Below are positions 29,737 to 44,061 of a DNA stretch of 64,000 bases, one piece after another. Under the pieces are notes generated by a model. The model had not been told where the DNA came from and did not search any database. It saw nothing but the letters and a program-made list of their open reading frames with translations. Position 1 is the stretch's first letter; every line of letters starts with the position of its first letter. This DNA comes from Adineta vaga. Its lineage: Eukaryota; Animalia; Rotifera. The position numbers and the translations under genes were made by a program. The DNA lies in NCBI GenBank assembly GCA_021613535.1, contig CP075492.1:7812001-7876000 (forward strand). Reading direction: 5' to 3'.

Positions 29737-29890
29737 CTTAAAAATAACAACAACGAATACAGATATGTATAAAAGAACATGTTAAAAGACAGTTATAATT
29801 TGTGTTCAATTCCTTGTCTAATATGATAAATGTTTAAAAAAAATAGTTATATGAACAAAAAAAAACAGATTTACAAAAAAAAAGAATTCA

Positions 29891-32800
29891 TCACAGGGTC
29901 ATTAACTCTTCAACAGGAGCCGTCGTCGAAGATGACGACGGTATCAAATTTGAAATAGCAATTGTAACTGGAACATTTGAGGAAATAACTGATGATGGAC
30001 GTAACACAGATGCTGACGATAATTCCGTATTTGTTGTATTTATTGAATCTTGTATATCACTTCGGAATTGTGTTATATTTTGAGTAAAATTTTCCTTATT
30101 TGATTCTGTTAATGTACGATCAATACCGACCATTAAATTATCTAATGCTGTTGATAAAATTGCTTGTTTAGCTTGCGTATGACCGAATAATAATTGTTGT
30201 TTAATTTCAGTAAAGAAATTATTTTCATTCAGTAATATAAGACCAAGAAGAGGCTTGGAAATTGTATAAATATTTCTAAAAATTAGATTTAAAAGAAAAT
30301 ATTCATTACATAGTAAGTACTAGTTTTTTTGGTAACTGATGAATCAGCTTACCTGCATTCGGCATATATAATTCCATTCATTAAATTCACTAGTATCTGT
30401 CGAAATAAACTTTCATATTTTTGAGCATTTGCCATGAGATTTGTTGATGCTGTTTTCTTTTTCACAGAACGAAATATATGGAATAAATAAGCATCTAGAT
30501 ATACACAGCAAGAATTTTGTATGGTTTGTTCGTATGAAACGAATCCTTCGCTTATTGTTTCAAGTACATAACCAAATAATGGAATAGATAAATTTGCTAG
30601 AAAATCAATTTTAATTATTGATAAACTTTCAATTAAAGAAAAATAGGCCGTTGTTAATTTCGGATACGAAAATAAGTCCGTTTTTTTAATAGATGTTAAT
30701 ATGGCAATGAATACTTGTAAACAATTATCAAAACATGGATCTGAATAAAGTTGAAAAACACCAAAATTTAGATAATTACCTACAAATCAAATGCATATCT
30801 TTGAATATCTGTAATCTTATCAAATCCTTTCTTACCAACTAAACATGTTTGTATAATTTTTAAGCATGTTGTAATAGGTTTTAGTTTGGATTTATAATAT
30901 AGAGTTCCATCACTTTCTGGTACTGTTGTATTAACATGTACGAGTGTTTTAGTTTGAAATATATAAAGTAAATTTGATGTTTCACGAAATAATAAATAAG
31001 CATTTGCTTTCGTTGGATCGAATACTAAACGATCTTGTCGATTCGCTGCTAATTCATGAATAAATTTTAATAGAGGATTATAAACTTCGAGTCGATCATA
31101 GAAAACATAAAGAGCTTTGAGAAATATCGGTAAATAAGATGGATATAACCAATCAAAAAATGAATTATAAGCTTGTTTAGAAAGTAAGGAACTGCATAGA
31201 CCACGAAGATCACGAGTTATACCAATAATAAGTGATTGAACTTCATCAAGAGATGCTGAAGTTGGACTGAAAAAGACAATTGAATTTTAGAACAAAATGT
31301 TATCATGAATGAAAAAATCTTTTCTTACTTAAATTGATTTATAGTTGTGAATTGTCCTGAATTCATTGATGAAAAATCCGCAAATTCTTTAAAGATTTGT
31401 ACTAATCTTGTACATTGAGTTGTAAATGGTATCATAAATGCTTCGACACGATCATCATCATCTTCATCATAACGAAAATCATGCATCAACATTCGTCCAA
31501 TTGCCGAATAGAATGTTGTTCGTAAACGTGACCAACTACTTGCCGTTATCGTACTATTATGTGAACGTTTTGCCGAGAAGATTGGATGAAGAAATGGAAA
31601 GAGTTCTTGCGTATGATTATTAATAAAATATTGTATCGGATCAAGTTTAACTAATTTACGTACACTTTGATATCCATGAGTTAATTCACTAAAACATCCG
31701 ACAGTTCGTTCAATTAATTTATCTGATATAATGGAATATTGTAAATTAGTAAACAATTTCTTTACAAAGATACATAATAATTGTTCTTCATCGGTAATAC
31801 CTAAACGATAGAAACAAACAAACGGAAACTGATCGTGTGTCAATTATTCATGATTTAGTTTTCTACCGAGATGTTTAAAAAGTACTTGATAGATTTTATC
31901 CGATCTTCCATGATCACCAACATATTGTTTACGAAATTGATCGAAAAAGAAAAGAACAGCTAATTCTAATTTTTCGGAATAAGGTGTGGTATTGATTTTT
32001 TCTGTTGCTGTTGTTGTTGTTATTGCTGTATTGATCGGTTTTTGATTATTTTCATGTGAAGTTTTCTGTTGAATATATGTCATCAATTGTAAAACACGTA
32101 CAACTAATTCACCATCGAATAAATCTTGATCATCATTTGACATGGATAATGATGATAATGTTATACCACGTGCGCCAAGTACACAGCCAAGAACATAAAT
32201 CAAAAAAGTTAAACGTCGTTCAACTGTTTCAGAATTGACTGCCTGAAAGTTGAAAATTTAGTAGAAAAGAAAAAAATCATAAATGAAATTTACCTGTTGA
32301 TATTGTTGAGCTATATCATCGAAAAAATTACAAAGAAGAACACAAGTCTTATTATAATCTAATCTTGACATAATACTAATCATGTCTAATTGTTGTTGTA
32401 ATATTGTTTGATCATTATCAAATAATTCATTATAAAGTGTTTCATCTGTATTCAATGCATCTAAACGTGATTGAATATAATATGCAACTATTTGTGGAAC
32501 ATAAATATCTAGTAAATGTAAAGTTGACGATTCATCTGTATCGGATAATTTCGATATATGAGATAGAAATGCAACTATTTTTGACCAAAATGATAAAATA
32601 TAATGTAGAGTATTGGGTGATAAATGATATTGTCGATGATGATGAACACTTAATAGATGATCGATAGTAAAACGAAATAATCGCTCCATAAAAACTTGAT
32701 AATTATCAATTCGAACTAATTCATGTAATTGTGCATTGGATTTCAAACGAGCAATTAATCGACAAAATTCATGTAGAGATTTTTCATCTGCTAGAAGACC

Positions 32801-33966
32801 ACCGGGTTGTTCAAGAATTGATCGAATTCCTACAATAAAATATCTCATTGAAATACAATCTTTCATGTTTTCTTTTATCTCTTTCGAACTTACCATATGT
32901 AATTAAATTCAATACAATTAAACGTTCATTCGTATTCAATAAAGATCGTCGTACACTTGATAACTGAACAAGACATGATATAGCAATGGGTACAAGTGTT
33001 GTATTTGAGAAAAGAAAATAATACGAAAAATACAATTGATAAAAACTTCCATCAATCATATGATCATGCCATGCTATTGGAACTTGTAAAGTTAAATGTT
33101 CATCGGAAATATCCACATCTTGTACACTAGAACCAGTTCCTAGAGGCAGAAGATAAGAAAACATATTGATTCGATATCTCAATCGTCCTAACGTATTTAC
33201 CAAGAAAATCATAGGTTAAACAACTTAATGCTAATGAAAGTAATTTCTCAACAACTATGTAATAATTTGATTGTAATTGAGCAGTATGAATTGTTTTGGG
33301 ATAGTCAGTAAATTCAATGGATAAACCTAACGCTTTCTTTTGATTAACAATGACATCACGTAAAAATTTACAAGCAAATAAATAGATATCAATTAATTTC
33401 ATATCTCGAAATGAAATACAAATTTTTCGATGCTTTGTAAATGCTCTTGCAGTTGTTTCATCATCATTTGGAACACTCATTTCTGTAAGAATAGCAATAA
33501 GAATTTGTAGAGCAACAGCAAAATGTGATGGATTAGTTTGAAATTTAAGTAAATCATCTGTAAATGTTTGAAATGGATATGTTTCATTATTCACTGTAGG
33601 ATTTAAATCAAACCAGAAATTTTTCGTTAAACGTGCATATAATTTCACTAATTCAGCTGAGACAAACTGAGCTAAAGAAGTATTATGTTTATATAGATAT
33701 TCAAGAATATATGTACGTAATTCATATCGTTCAGCAAAGGATATAGATGATGGAGTTGAAATACAATTGAAATGTTTAATAAGTGTTGTAGCACCAAAAA
33801 ATTGAGTATAAGGAGTTAATGCACGATCAAGTAAGACACGACATTGTGCAAGACAATTTGGTTGATTAACAAATGTTTCAAGACGTTGAGAAGCAAGTCG
33901 CATTTGATCATTATTTCCACTTCCATATAATTGACTACATAAATGTTCAATTTCTAAAGCATCCAT
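29891..33966 (-). CDS. XPO7: Exportin-7 / RanBP16-17 family
   Basis: MDALEIEHLCSQLY, LTLQVPIAW, HEFCRLIARLKSNAQLHELV, DGELVVRVLQLM, EKLELAVLFFFDQFRKQYVGD, NKENFTQNITQFR. Confidence 0.93.
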
Positions 33967-34359
33967 TCTTCGACAGACAGAAAATCTTGCAAATGTAGTA
34001 GTTGACACCACTCTTTCCTCTCGAAATCGATCGAAACGAGAAAAAAAAAGAGAAAAAATATTGGATCTAATAAAACTACATATCGTTTTTAACCAATTGA
34101 ATATTTCAATAAAAAATCCAAAGAAAAAATGGAAAATTTCAATAATTCGAATGAATTTATTTTTAAGAAATTAATCCGGTTAATTATAAGATTAGTTAAA
34201 AACAAAAATGATAGATGTCGCTGATCAATGAATACAATGATAATTCTTTTCCAAACTTTTAAGTCTTGAAATATGGATATTAAAAAATAATAACAATACA
34301 ATGCTTGTCTACTAGATATCTATTTATTTCAGAAGAAGAAAAATTCAGCAATAATCTTT

Positions 34360-34979
34360 CTAATAATTAAAATACGTTAATGGATCATCTAAATAAAATG
34401 AAAACTATCGTTATTATTCATTTAAATTGAAAAGAATATTTATATACCTTCAGTAAACACACATGTTGCAATATTATGTTTAATCACTTCGTGTAAAGCA
34501 TAGAAATCACATTTATCTTGACTTTTATGACGATGGACACGAATATGAATATATAAACCATCACCAATTGAAACTTTTAGAAAATAATTTATTCCATAAG
34601 CAATTTCTTCTTCTGCATATTTTGTTACTCTAAAGATATTTTCTTTTAAAATAATTTATCACTCGATAACATTCAATGGAAAATTTACTTCCAGTTAGCG
34701 ATATGTTTTTCTCGATGTTCTTCGGTAAAACGATGTACTCGATGTTCATTATGTTTTCTATAGAGTGTATCTATTGCAGAATAGATTACTTCCGGACGTT
34801 CGCTATTGAAAGAAAAAGATACAAATAATAAATTACATGAATTTCGTTAAATAAACCTTATTTTCTGAATTTCTGGTGTTGTATCCTACAATGATAGAAT
34901 TAACACCAGAAAAAACAACAACAATTATAAATCAACAAACCATTACCGGACTCATTGAATTGTGATGTTCATCCGACAT
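34360..34979 (-). CDS. Stefin/type-1 cystatin-like protein (128 aa, 5 exons; absent from the ORF track)
   Basis: Exons 34979-34947, 34885-34857, 34802-34689, 34629-34448 and 34388-34360 join in frame: ...TPEIQKI...WKVTKYAEEEIAYGINYFLKVSIGDGLYIHIRVHR...DDPLTYFNY, matching stefin NYFIKVxVG...HxRV...DxLTYF. Confidence 0.8.
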
Positions 34980-35434
34980 TGTTATAATTTGCAATGATGT
35001 CAATTTCTAGATGTTTTTTTCTCTTCTTCAAAATAAGTTTCGCGATGTAACGACAGTGTTTTTCTGAGCGCAATGATAAAGAAAAGCAAGAGCCTGAATT
35101 CAACTATCGACTGATATGTTTACAGAAGAAAATATTTATAGAATTTTCTTTTCTTTCTCTCTATATCTCTATCTGTTTGTTTTTGGTCTTTTCTTAGATC
35201 GTGTAATCCTTCTTTCAACTAAAATGTCATAACGATAATCTGATTGAGGAACTTACAGATTTTCAAGTAATAGTAGCAAAAACGAAGAATAGACAAACCT
35301 TTTCCTACAAATCAACGTCTTATATTCTTTCGTTTATTCGTATCAATATACTAATCACTTCTTTTTCTTCTTCAATGATTTGATTATAGAAGTTACATAT
35401 TGAATATATTTTAGAGATAAAACCTATCTTTTGT

Positions 35435-36483
35435 TTATTTTACTTTTCGAGCAAGAAAAAAGAAATAAGGAGTAAAAATGCCACTTTCACCGGCTTGTAT
35501 CATAACATGAGCTGTGTTTTCAAGTATATTAAGTGTTGCGAGACTTCCTTCAGCTGCTAACCAACTCTTTTCCATAAGCCATACCATATTACGTGTTAAC
35601 CATCGACCTAACACCGTCGTACGAAAATTTCCAATTGATAAAAACGAATCAGCACCTTTCAATGGTTGGTACCATGGAATATCAGCAGGCGGTAAATCTT
35701 TACTTTCTTCGACAATAAAACCGACCGATTGAAGATCATGAACTAATTGTTTGGTCGATTGCAGTTCCGGTAAAGCACTTGCATCTTCAGTTAAACGTTT
35801 TAATTCCATATGTTGAGAATTTCGAAGATCATATTTATCAGTTAAACAACAATCATACCCAACAAATGAACCACCTGGCTTAAGAACACGAAAAACTTCT
35901 GCACAACATTGTGCCTAGAAAAATATAGATTTCATTCACGGTTGTTTCTCTCTCTCCAAAGATATCGTACTTTATTCGGTGAATGACATACAGCTTCGAT
36001 AACATAAACATGATCAAACGTATTATCTTCAAATGGTAATTTCATAAAATCACCATGAATAAACGAACAATTCGTCGGTATACCAATAGTTTTTGCTCGT
36101 TGAATTTGATATTCACAAATCGATATTCCAGTAATATGTGCATTAGTTAAATAGGCAATACGTCGTAAAGGTCCACCTACTCCACAACCCATATCAAGAA
36201 TTTGATCCCCTGGTTTTGCTTGCATCTTCAATGCTAAATAAGATTCATGTCGTTGTATTGATTCAACTAATGTTTCGCATTGATATCGATTAGCAAAATG
36301 AAAACTTTGACCCCATCCATATTCGAAGAAATCAGTTGCTAAATTATAAAATTTTGATACAAGATTTTTATATTGATCTTTGCGTAAATCATTCGTTGAA
36401 GTTTTTTCGCTTAGTTTATTAAATAAGGATAGTTCTTCACGAACAGCTCCATTGGAACGATGGATAATCGCTTTCTCTGCCAT
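35435..36483 (-). CDS. SMT: SAM-dependent sterol methyltransferase (C24-SMT/ERG6-like), 2 exons, 330 aa
   Basis: FYNLATDFFEYGWGQSFHFA (sterol-binding region I), LDMGCGVGGP, GDFMKLPF, IEAVCHSP, VLKPGG, IPWYQPL and GIFTPYFFFLARK; intron at 35915-35970. Confidence 0.93.
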
Positions 36484-36744
36484 GACATACCAAGTAAAAT
36501 TATTAATACAGATAGAAAATTCGGTACTAGAATGGGGTGATGTATATTCTTTTTCTATTCGCTCTATTTCATAGATGACGCTGAAAACACTTCGATATCA
36601 TTTCTAAAGATGTATTCTATCACATAAAAAATCATTAAAACTAAAGTAAATTCAGCTTTATTTTCAAGATTTTTATTCAATGAGATATAAAAATTTAGAA
36701 ATGATTTCAAATCAATGTTTTATTGACTAAACTATAGTATCAAA

Positions 36745-37590
36745 TTAAAATTTACAATTTTTTCTACGATGTTCATGATTGTCTTCGTTTTTTCGTTTTT
36801 TAATCGTCAAGAAAGTTTCCCATCGATCTTGTAGATCATTCAGCACGGATTCATAGTCGATGGTTTCTTCTTTCTTTGCTGATTTTTTTGGACGAATTAA
36901 AAGCCATTCACCATCATTTGTGTCTGGCAAATTTTTTGCATCATGAATTTTAACATTTCCTATGCCTTCTTTGGCATTTTCAAGTGTTTTTGTCACTTGT
37001 TTCGTAGTCGATGATGTGATCATGTTAATGCAGACATTATTTTGTTTTTCTAATGCTGCAATATAACCTGTTCGACTTATCAATCGACCACGTTGTTGTT
37101 CTTTACGCTTTTGAAGTGATGTATCTGAATTTCCATTCACTTCAAAATTATATGGTAAGAAAAGGAATATGCCATTTTTCAATGGTTTGGGTTGGTTTTT
37201 TTTCTTTTTTGCCAATCTTTTATTAGTATCCATGTGATCCCTGTCATCAGAATTCGATGATGATGAAGAATATCGTCGATTCAATGTTGGCGAAGACTGA
37301 ATCCGATTTTCTTTTATAATATTTTCTAGTCGATTCAATGCTAAAACAAGTACAGGATTGTCTTGTTTATCATGATCTATTTGATCAGCAAGTTTTTTCA
37401 AATTAATTAATTTATCCCTATCATTAATTAGTAGTGATTTTAATGTTAAGTTATCAGCGTCGTGACATGTACAACATTTACGAGGCATAGTTCGTAATGT
37501 TGATGTCGATACATAATCTTCATTTCGAAGATCATTGATAACACTATGAAATAATGAACGATAACGTGGATTGTGAACTAAACAAGTCAT
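36745..37590 (-). CDS. Intronless hypothetical protein (281 aa), basic NLS-like patches, possible degenerate KH-like segment
   Basis: Long ATG-initiated ORF; RGRLISRTGYIAALEKQNNVCINM loosely resembles a KH motif. Confidence 0.65.
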   Translation of the reverse strand: MTCLVHNPRYRSLFHSVINDLRNEDYVSTSTLRTMPRKCCTCHDADNLTLKSLLINDRDKLINLKKLADQIDHDKQDNPVLVLALNRLENIIKENRIQSSPTLNRRYSSSSSNSDDRDHMDTNKRLAKKKKNQPKPLKNGIFLFLPYNFEVNGNSDTSLQKRKEQQRGRLISRTGYIAALEKQNNVCINMITSSTTKQVTKTLENAKEGIGNVKIHDAKNLPDTNDGEWLLIRPKKSAKKEETIDYESVLNDLQDRWETFLTIKKRKNEDNHEHRRKNCKF

Positions 37591-38107
37591 TGTTTGAAGT
37601 TATTTCAAAGTAATGGCATGTGAAGAAGAAAATCATTGTTTATATATATTTAAAGGTAAGTGTTGCCTAATAACAAAATGACATCATTAGGTGAAATACA
37701 GAATTGAAATCTGATTGGATATGAGTCACCGAATTCACTTCTTTCACGACACGGGTAAAACCCAAGTCGACAGTAGAAAACGAACGCTAGAGATAAGGAT
37801 GCCATCAGAAATTTTCCGAGAAAATATGTTCGTAAGAATAAAACTGAAAAATAAAGAAACAACTTCAGAATCAAGGTCTCTAGAACAAACTGGATACAAG
37901 GAAAATGATTGCACTTACGCACAAAATCTGTGCTACTAAATCACATAAACATAAATATTTTGTACTGATATCGAACGCCCTCTTTCTATTCTTGCAGAGG
38001 TTAACTAAAAATTTTCATGCAATAGTAAACTTCATCTCATGTCGGTCTGTCTGATCTATTGTTCATCGTAAAACGAGAGAATTTGGCTAACTAAAGAATT
38101 CGTTTCA

Positions 38108-38825
38108 ATGCTTCGATTACGTTTTCATGCATCTTGGTTACCTGATGAACATAATCAATTTTGGACAGTGATTGATAGTACAACAACTAATAGAACAATA
38201 CGTGATTTACTTGAATCTTTTAATGAACAACAAATATCATTTGCTGATTATTATCAATTTCATATACCAAAACGAGCGAAAAAATTGAAATATCTCAAAG
38301 CTTTTTTGAATGATTATGTTTTACCTCCACATGCTCAAATAAATCATATTCTACGTGAAAATGATGAAATCGAGTAAAGTTTTTTCGAAAAAAATCAAAT
38401 AAATATCTGTTTGTTTTTAGTTTTCGTTTAGCAATTGATGCAGAAAATGATTGGCTTACTGTCAAACCTGCTCCAACATCGAAAAGAAAACGATCTACTG
38501 AACGAGAAGTTGTTTCTCCGCAACCCTCTCCACCCCCTCGTCCTCCTCCTCCTCCTTCCAATGATTTGGATACAGTTCTTCGAACAATTGCTCAACCAAC
38601 AGCAACAACATCAACAACAACAAAATCACCAATGAATGACTCATTTTCATTTCAATTCGGCAATAAACGTGGTCGACCTATTCCTCCACGTCCTCAAGTA
38701 ATCTCAGCTGTTAAAGTAATACAAATAATTTCTTTTATACATTCGAATAATTTCATTTCTTCTTCTTCTTCTTCTTCTAGGTAAATTCATTAGTTCCACG
38801 GCAAGTAATGACAAATAAAAGATAA
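38108..38825 (+). CDS. Short protein with a coilin N-terminal-like domain (3 exons, about 200 aa)
   Basis: LRLRF...FWTVID...TIRDL...FLNDYVLPP...HILRENDEI matches the coilin N-terminal pattern; followed by a Pro/Thr-rich basic tail. Confidence 0.7.
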
Positions 38826-39167
38826 TTTTCTTATCGTCTTAATTCTTTGCTGAGTTTTTTTCTTGAAAAAGCAAAAACAAACGCTTTTTGTTCGAACAAA
38901 TAAAACGAACATCGACAATAGTAAAATTCGACGAAGAAAAAAAAGACAACAACACTGAGAAAAGAAAAACATTGTGCAGTGCATGTGTATTTGAAAAGAA
39001 AAACACAAAGAGAAGAAAAACATGAGCAAACAACAGATATGAATAAAACTAATAAGGTTCGTCAGACGAAAAAAAAAGAAAAGAAAGAAAACGGACAAAT
39101 AAAAGAGATATGACTATCGTTTATTTACATCAAAACAAACTTTGAACCACGTGATCATCGTGATATT

Positions 39168-41067
39168 TTAAGCATTCGTACTAAAAAAAGAAAAATAGAT
39201 ATTTATTTCCTAAAGGATAAACATACGAAAGTCTTGTTTGTCGACGATTTGAAGATGAATTGATATTTATTGGATGTTTTCGAGTATTCGGATATGAACG
39301 ATAGGATGTTGAAGGTTTAACTGATACCATTCTACAAATCAAATCATTGAATATCTACTTTGTTATAAAAAAAATTGACTTACGGTGATGTTACTCTTAA
39401 AATAACATTTGAATGTGATGAATGAGTATTTCCTGTAGGTGTCCCTACACTACAATTTTCTTTTTCTAATGGTCGTTTCTTTGTTTGCGATGACTCAAAC
39501 GAACTAAGAACAAATGAATAAAGTCAAACATTCTTTTCTTTTCTTTTCCTTTCTACTTATAAATAAATACACACTTTGCATGTGCTAATTTTGGACGAAG
39601 AAATTGTTTTCTAATACCAATATGTGAAGGTATTTCATGCGTTGCCCTAGAAGAAGAAAGAAAACTAGTAAAGATTTCAAATAAAAACAAATTATTTTGT
39701 CTTACATTCGATTGTGATGATGTGGATGAGGATGATTATTATTTTGTAATAAAACATTTTGAATACATGTTAAATGTTGAGAATTACTCATTCGTAATGG
39801 ATCATCATAAAATCGAACAATTGGTAAACGTGATATTGCAGTTGGTTGAGTTATTGAATTGTTTCTATTTACAAAAAAACAAAGATTATCATGAAATTTA
39901 TTTCGCATTCAAATGAACATTCCACTTACGGTGAGATTATTGAACGAGTTTCATTTGTTTGTAATGTGTTGGAAACAGTTGGAACAACTGGAGTAGTCTT
40001 CGTAGTTAAACGTTGTATCCGTCTTTCATGTACAGATAATCGTGGCTTGGATCTAATCAAATAATTAATATTATATTCAAGATGAAAGATTTACAACATT
40101 GAAGAGTATACTAGGAACTTACATAGAAGATTTTGAAGTTAGAATGACTTTTTTCAGATTATTAATCATTACATCTAATTGATGTATTGAATCAAAATGT
40201 TTTTGTCGAGGTATTTCTTCTTCTAATGTTGACCAATTCATCGGTTCGTTTGAGTTTATTTGACATCCATGTCGAAAAATAAGTGTATGATCAGTTACTA
40301 AAATGATATAGAAAATTGTAATAAGAAAATAAAACCTATGAAACAAGACGTTATATTTACGATAAGCACAAATTTGATCTTGAATTGTGTAACGACGTTC
40401 ACGTTCTAATTCACGTAATAAACGACTACGTGTTGCTTCATTTAAATGAGCTGTATGAGTACGACGACATTGCAAACGACGAAGTGTTCGTTGACCACGA
40501 ACATATCGTTCATAAAGTCTACAAGAAAATTAATAATAAATTCTATTGACGACTTCATCTTTTATCATCATTTTACTTTCGATCTTTTTGCTCTTCCAAC
40601 ATATGTCGATGATGACGAGCTAGTAGGTCATCGTAGTCATCGTCTTCATCATTAATTAGTGAATTGTCTTCAGTAGGTTCATTCTCGACTTTACGCCATT
40701 TTGGTGCTAGAAGAAAAACAAACAAATTTGTTTTTTCAAAATTTACATATGAAATTCCATTGCTTTCATACAGGTTTCACGAATGATTGGTCGAGGTTTT
40801 GTTTGTTTAAGAACAGACGTTAAACGAAGACTTTGACGTCGATTCTGTTGATTATTTATTGCAATTGATCGACGATCTTTTGGTTTCTTAATACTATGAT
40901 ATTAAACAAAACGAAATTATTAGAAAAAAAAAACATTGGAACATAGGTGTATATACTAACATTCGAGATGATGATGATGATGTTGAAGATATAACCTTAT
41001 TTGATGGTGATGATGAAGAAACAAAGTGCTTTGATGGGTGTATACGAAGATTATATCGTGGTTTCAT
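39168..41067 (-). CDS. PEHE-domain protein, MSL1-like, multi-exon
   Basis: APKWRKVE...DDDYDDLLARHHRHMLEEQKDRK...RGQRTLRRLQCR resembles the MSL1 PEHE region (PSWR...RH..LE..EK...QRILQRLQLR). Confidence 0.65.
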
Positions 41068-42220
41068 TCGATTGAATATCAGTGTAAACTAGAGAATCTA
41101 TAATCGAACAGTCAATTTATTGTACAGAACAACTACGATGCGAACGAATTTAACAATCGAAAGAAAGAGAAAAAATAATAAACTATGGCAGCCATTTATG
41201 TTGACAGATCATATTAATTAACCAATCAGAAATGAAGAGGAAAGTATTGGGAAGATTTTATTATTACTATTATTATTAATATTATTTGAATATCAATCGA
41301 TTTTAGGAATTAAACTTAATATAAAAAAGAAAATATAAAAATTATTGATGTACACTGCTGACATCTAATGAATGTTGAAAGTCAAATTGTATAATAGAGC
41401 ATATTACCATTGTGACTTTAAAGTGAAGAATTAACGTTCTTGAATACAATAATATGGATTTATGTGTAGTCAGGTATCTATAAATATACTCAATTCCAAT
41501 GAGATATCAACACAAAGAATAATATTGATCAAATTAGCAAAAGTATAGCGAAATAAAACGATATTACGATCATAATTCATTGTACATCAAATAATATTAG
41601 ATAAATCATTAAAAAGTTGCCATATTACTATATTGTATTTTTTTTTCGAGTATGACTTCATGTTAATTAATATTCACATGTTTTCAATGTGTTTATATAA
41701 ATCTCATAATATATCCCTTTGAGCAAACAACAATTAAACCTTGGAAGTCTTTGAATTGCATGACAAGACAAACATTGTCTGGCTTTTCTCTTAAAGATTT
41801 GCATACCGACTGAAATGCGCTTAATATATTTTTTTGTTTCAATAATGTTTGTTTTTCAAAAAATGTCTTATATACTCGCTCTACGATTTCGATGAGCTGA
41901 TTGTTTTTTCTTTGATATCGATCTATTGTCACTATTTTAGTTATAGAATGAGAAATACGCATTCTATTCTACGTAATAAATGAAGGTCGTATTTTGTTTG
42001 TTGACTGTAGATTTTGTGACAATCTTCGTAGAGATTTAGTTTGATTGTCGGAGACATCTACATCGGATAAAGTCTAAACCAATCATCATAGATTCTATGC
42101 GTTAGTTAGTCAATCAATCATATTTCATCATATTTATTTTTCCTTATTCTTCATCGTTTCAATGACGTTTGAAGCAACTCTATCATTTACTTAATTTTCT
42201 TTTTAGTTTTTAATTTTATA

Positions 42221-42483
42221 ATGAGCGCATCAACGTCAAATACTAATAATTCATCAAATTCAGTGTCTGAAGTTGACGATATCAATCTATTTCAAGCAGC
42301 AAGACGGAACGGTCGACGAAATGCATTAGCCGATCTTGGCGAACAGATTTCTCAAGGTAAAACTTTATTTGTCTTTGCTATTTACTGTATTATACTCAAT
42401 TTTCTTTAGCAAATACAGCAATATCATCACCAGAAGTCGATAAACTCGGACCACATTTTCAATCGATGTCCCTTAAACATTAA
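42221..42483 (+). CDS. PKI: cAMP-dependent protein kinase inhibitor (PKI family), 2 exons
   Basis: Pseudosubstrate FQAARRNGRRNALADL; exon 2 gives the NES-like LGPHFQSMSL. Confidence 0.85.
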
Positions 42484-42816
42484 TTTGACGTTCTATTCAA
42501 TAGACAAGCATGTTCAATACATTTCTTGTCTATGCTGTGATAGAAATATGATCAAAAGTCTTCTACAGTTTGTTTTTGTTTTTGTTTTATTTTATTTTAT
42601 TGTAAAGTGATCAACGAGAGAATGATGAAAACAACGAAAGCTATCTTGTATATTGCATACATATTTATTTGAATAAATAAAAATCTCACATAATACAAGC
42701 TATTCAAGCTAGTAATCATATCTCATCTATGTACATGTATGTATGTATGTATGTGTGCTTCTATTTCTAGATGTTAGATTAATTTAATTTCGAAAAACGA
42801 AACTAATCTGTTCATT

Positions 42817-43746
<930 letters not shown>

Positions 43747-44061
43747 TCGTTCTCGTTTATTCTATTGTACATTAATTTCTTTGTTTACTCAAAAAGAAAA
43801 GGTAGAGTAAAAAAATCTATATAAATACGTATTTTTTTTTATAAAATAATCTATTCTATTTGATTTCTTTCTAGGAAATGAAAAGAAAACAAATGTCCAA
43901 ACTATTTTCGAACAGTGCAATAGCTTCTTCTTTTTCTTTGAATGAATATTTACACAAGATGCTTTCTTTTTGTCTACTGTAACCAAAAACAGAATATAAT
44001 CCTTATTTAGTGAATCATAGAACTTTGATATTTGAAAGAAATCGAATGAATTCTTTTTCAG

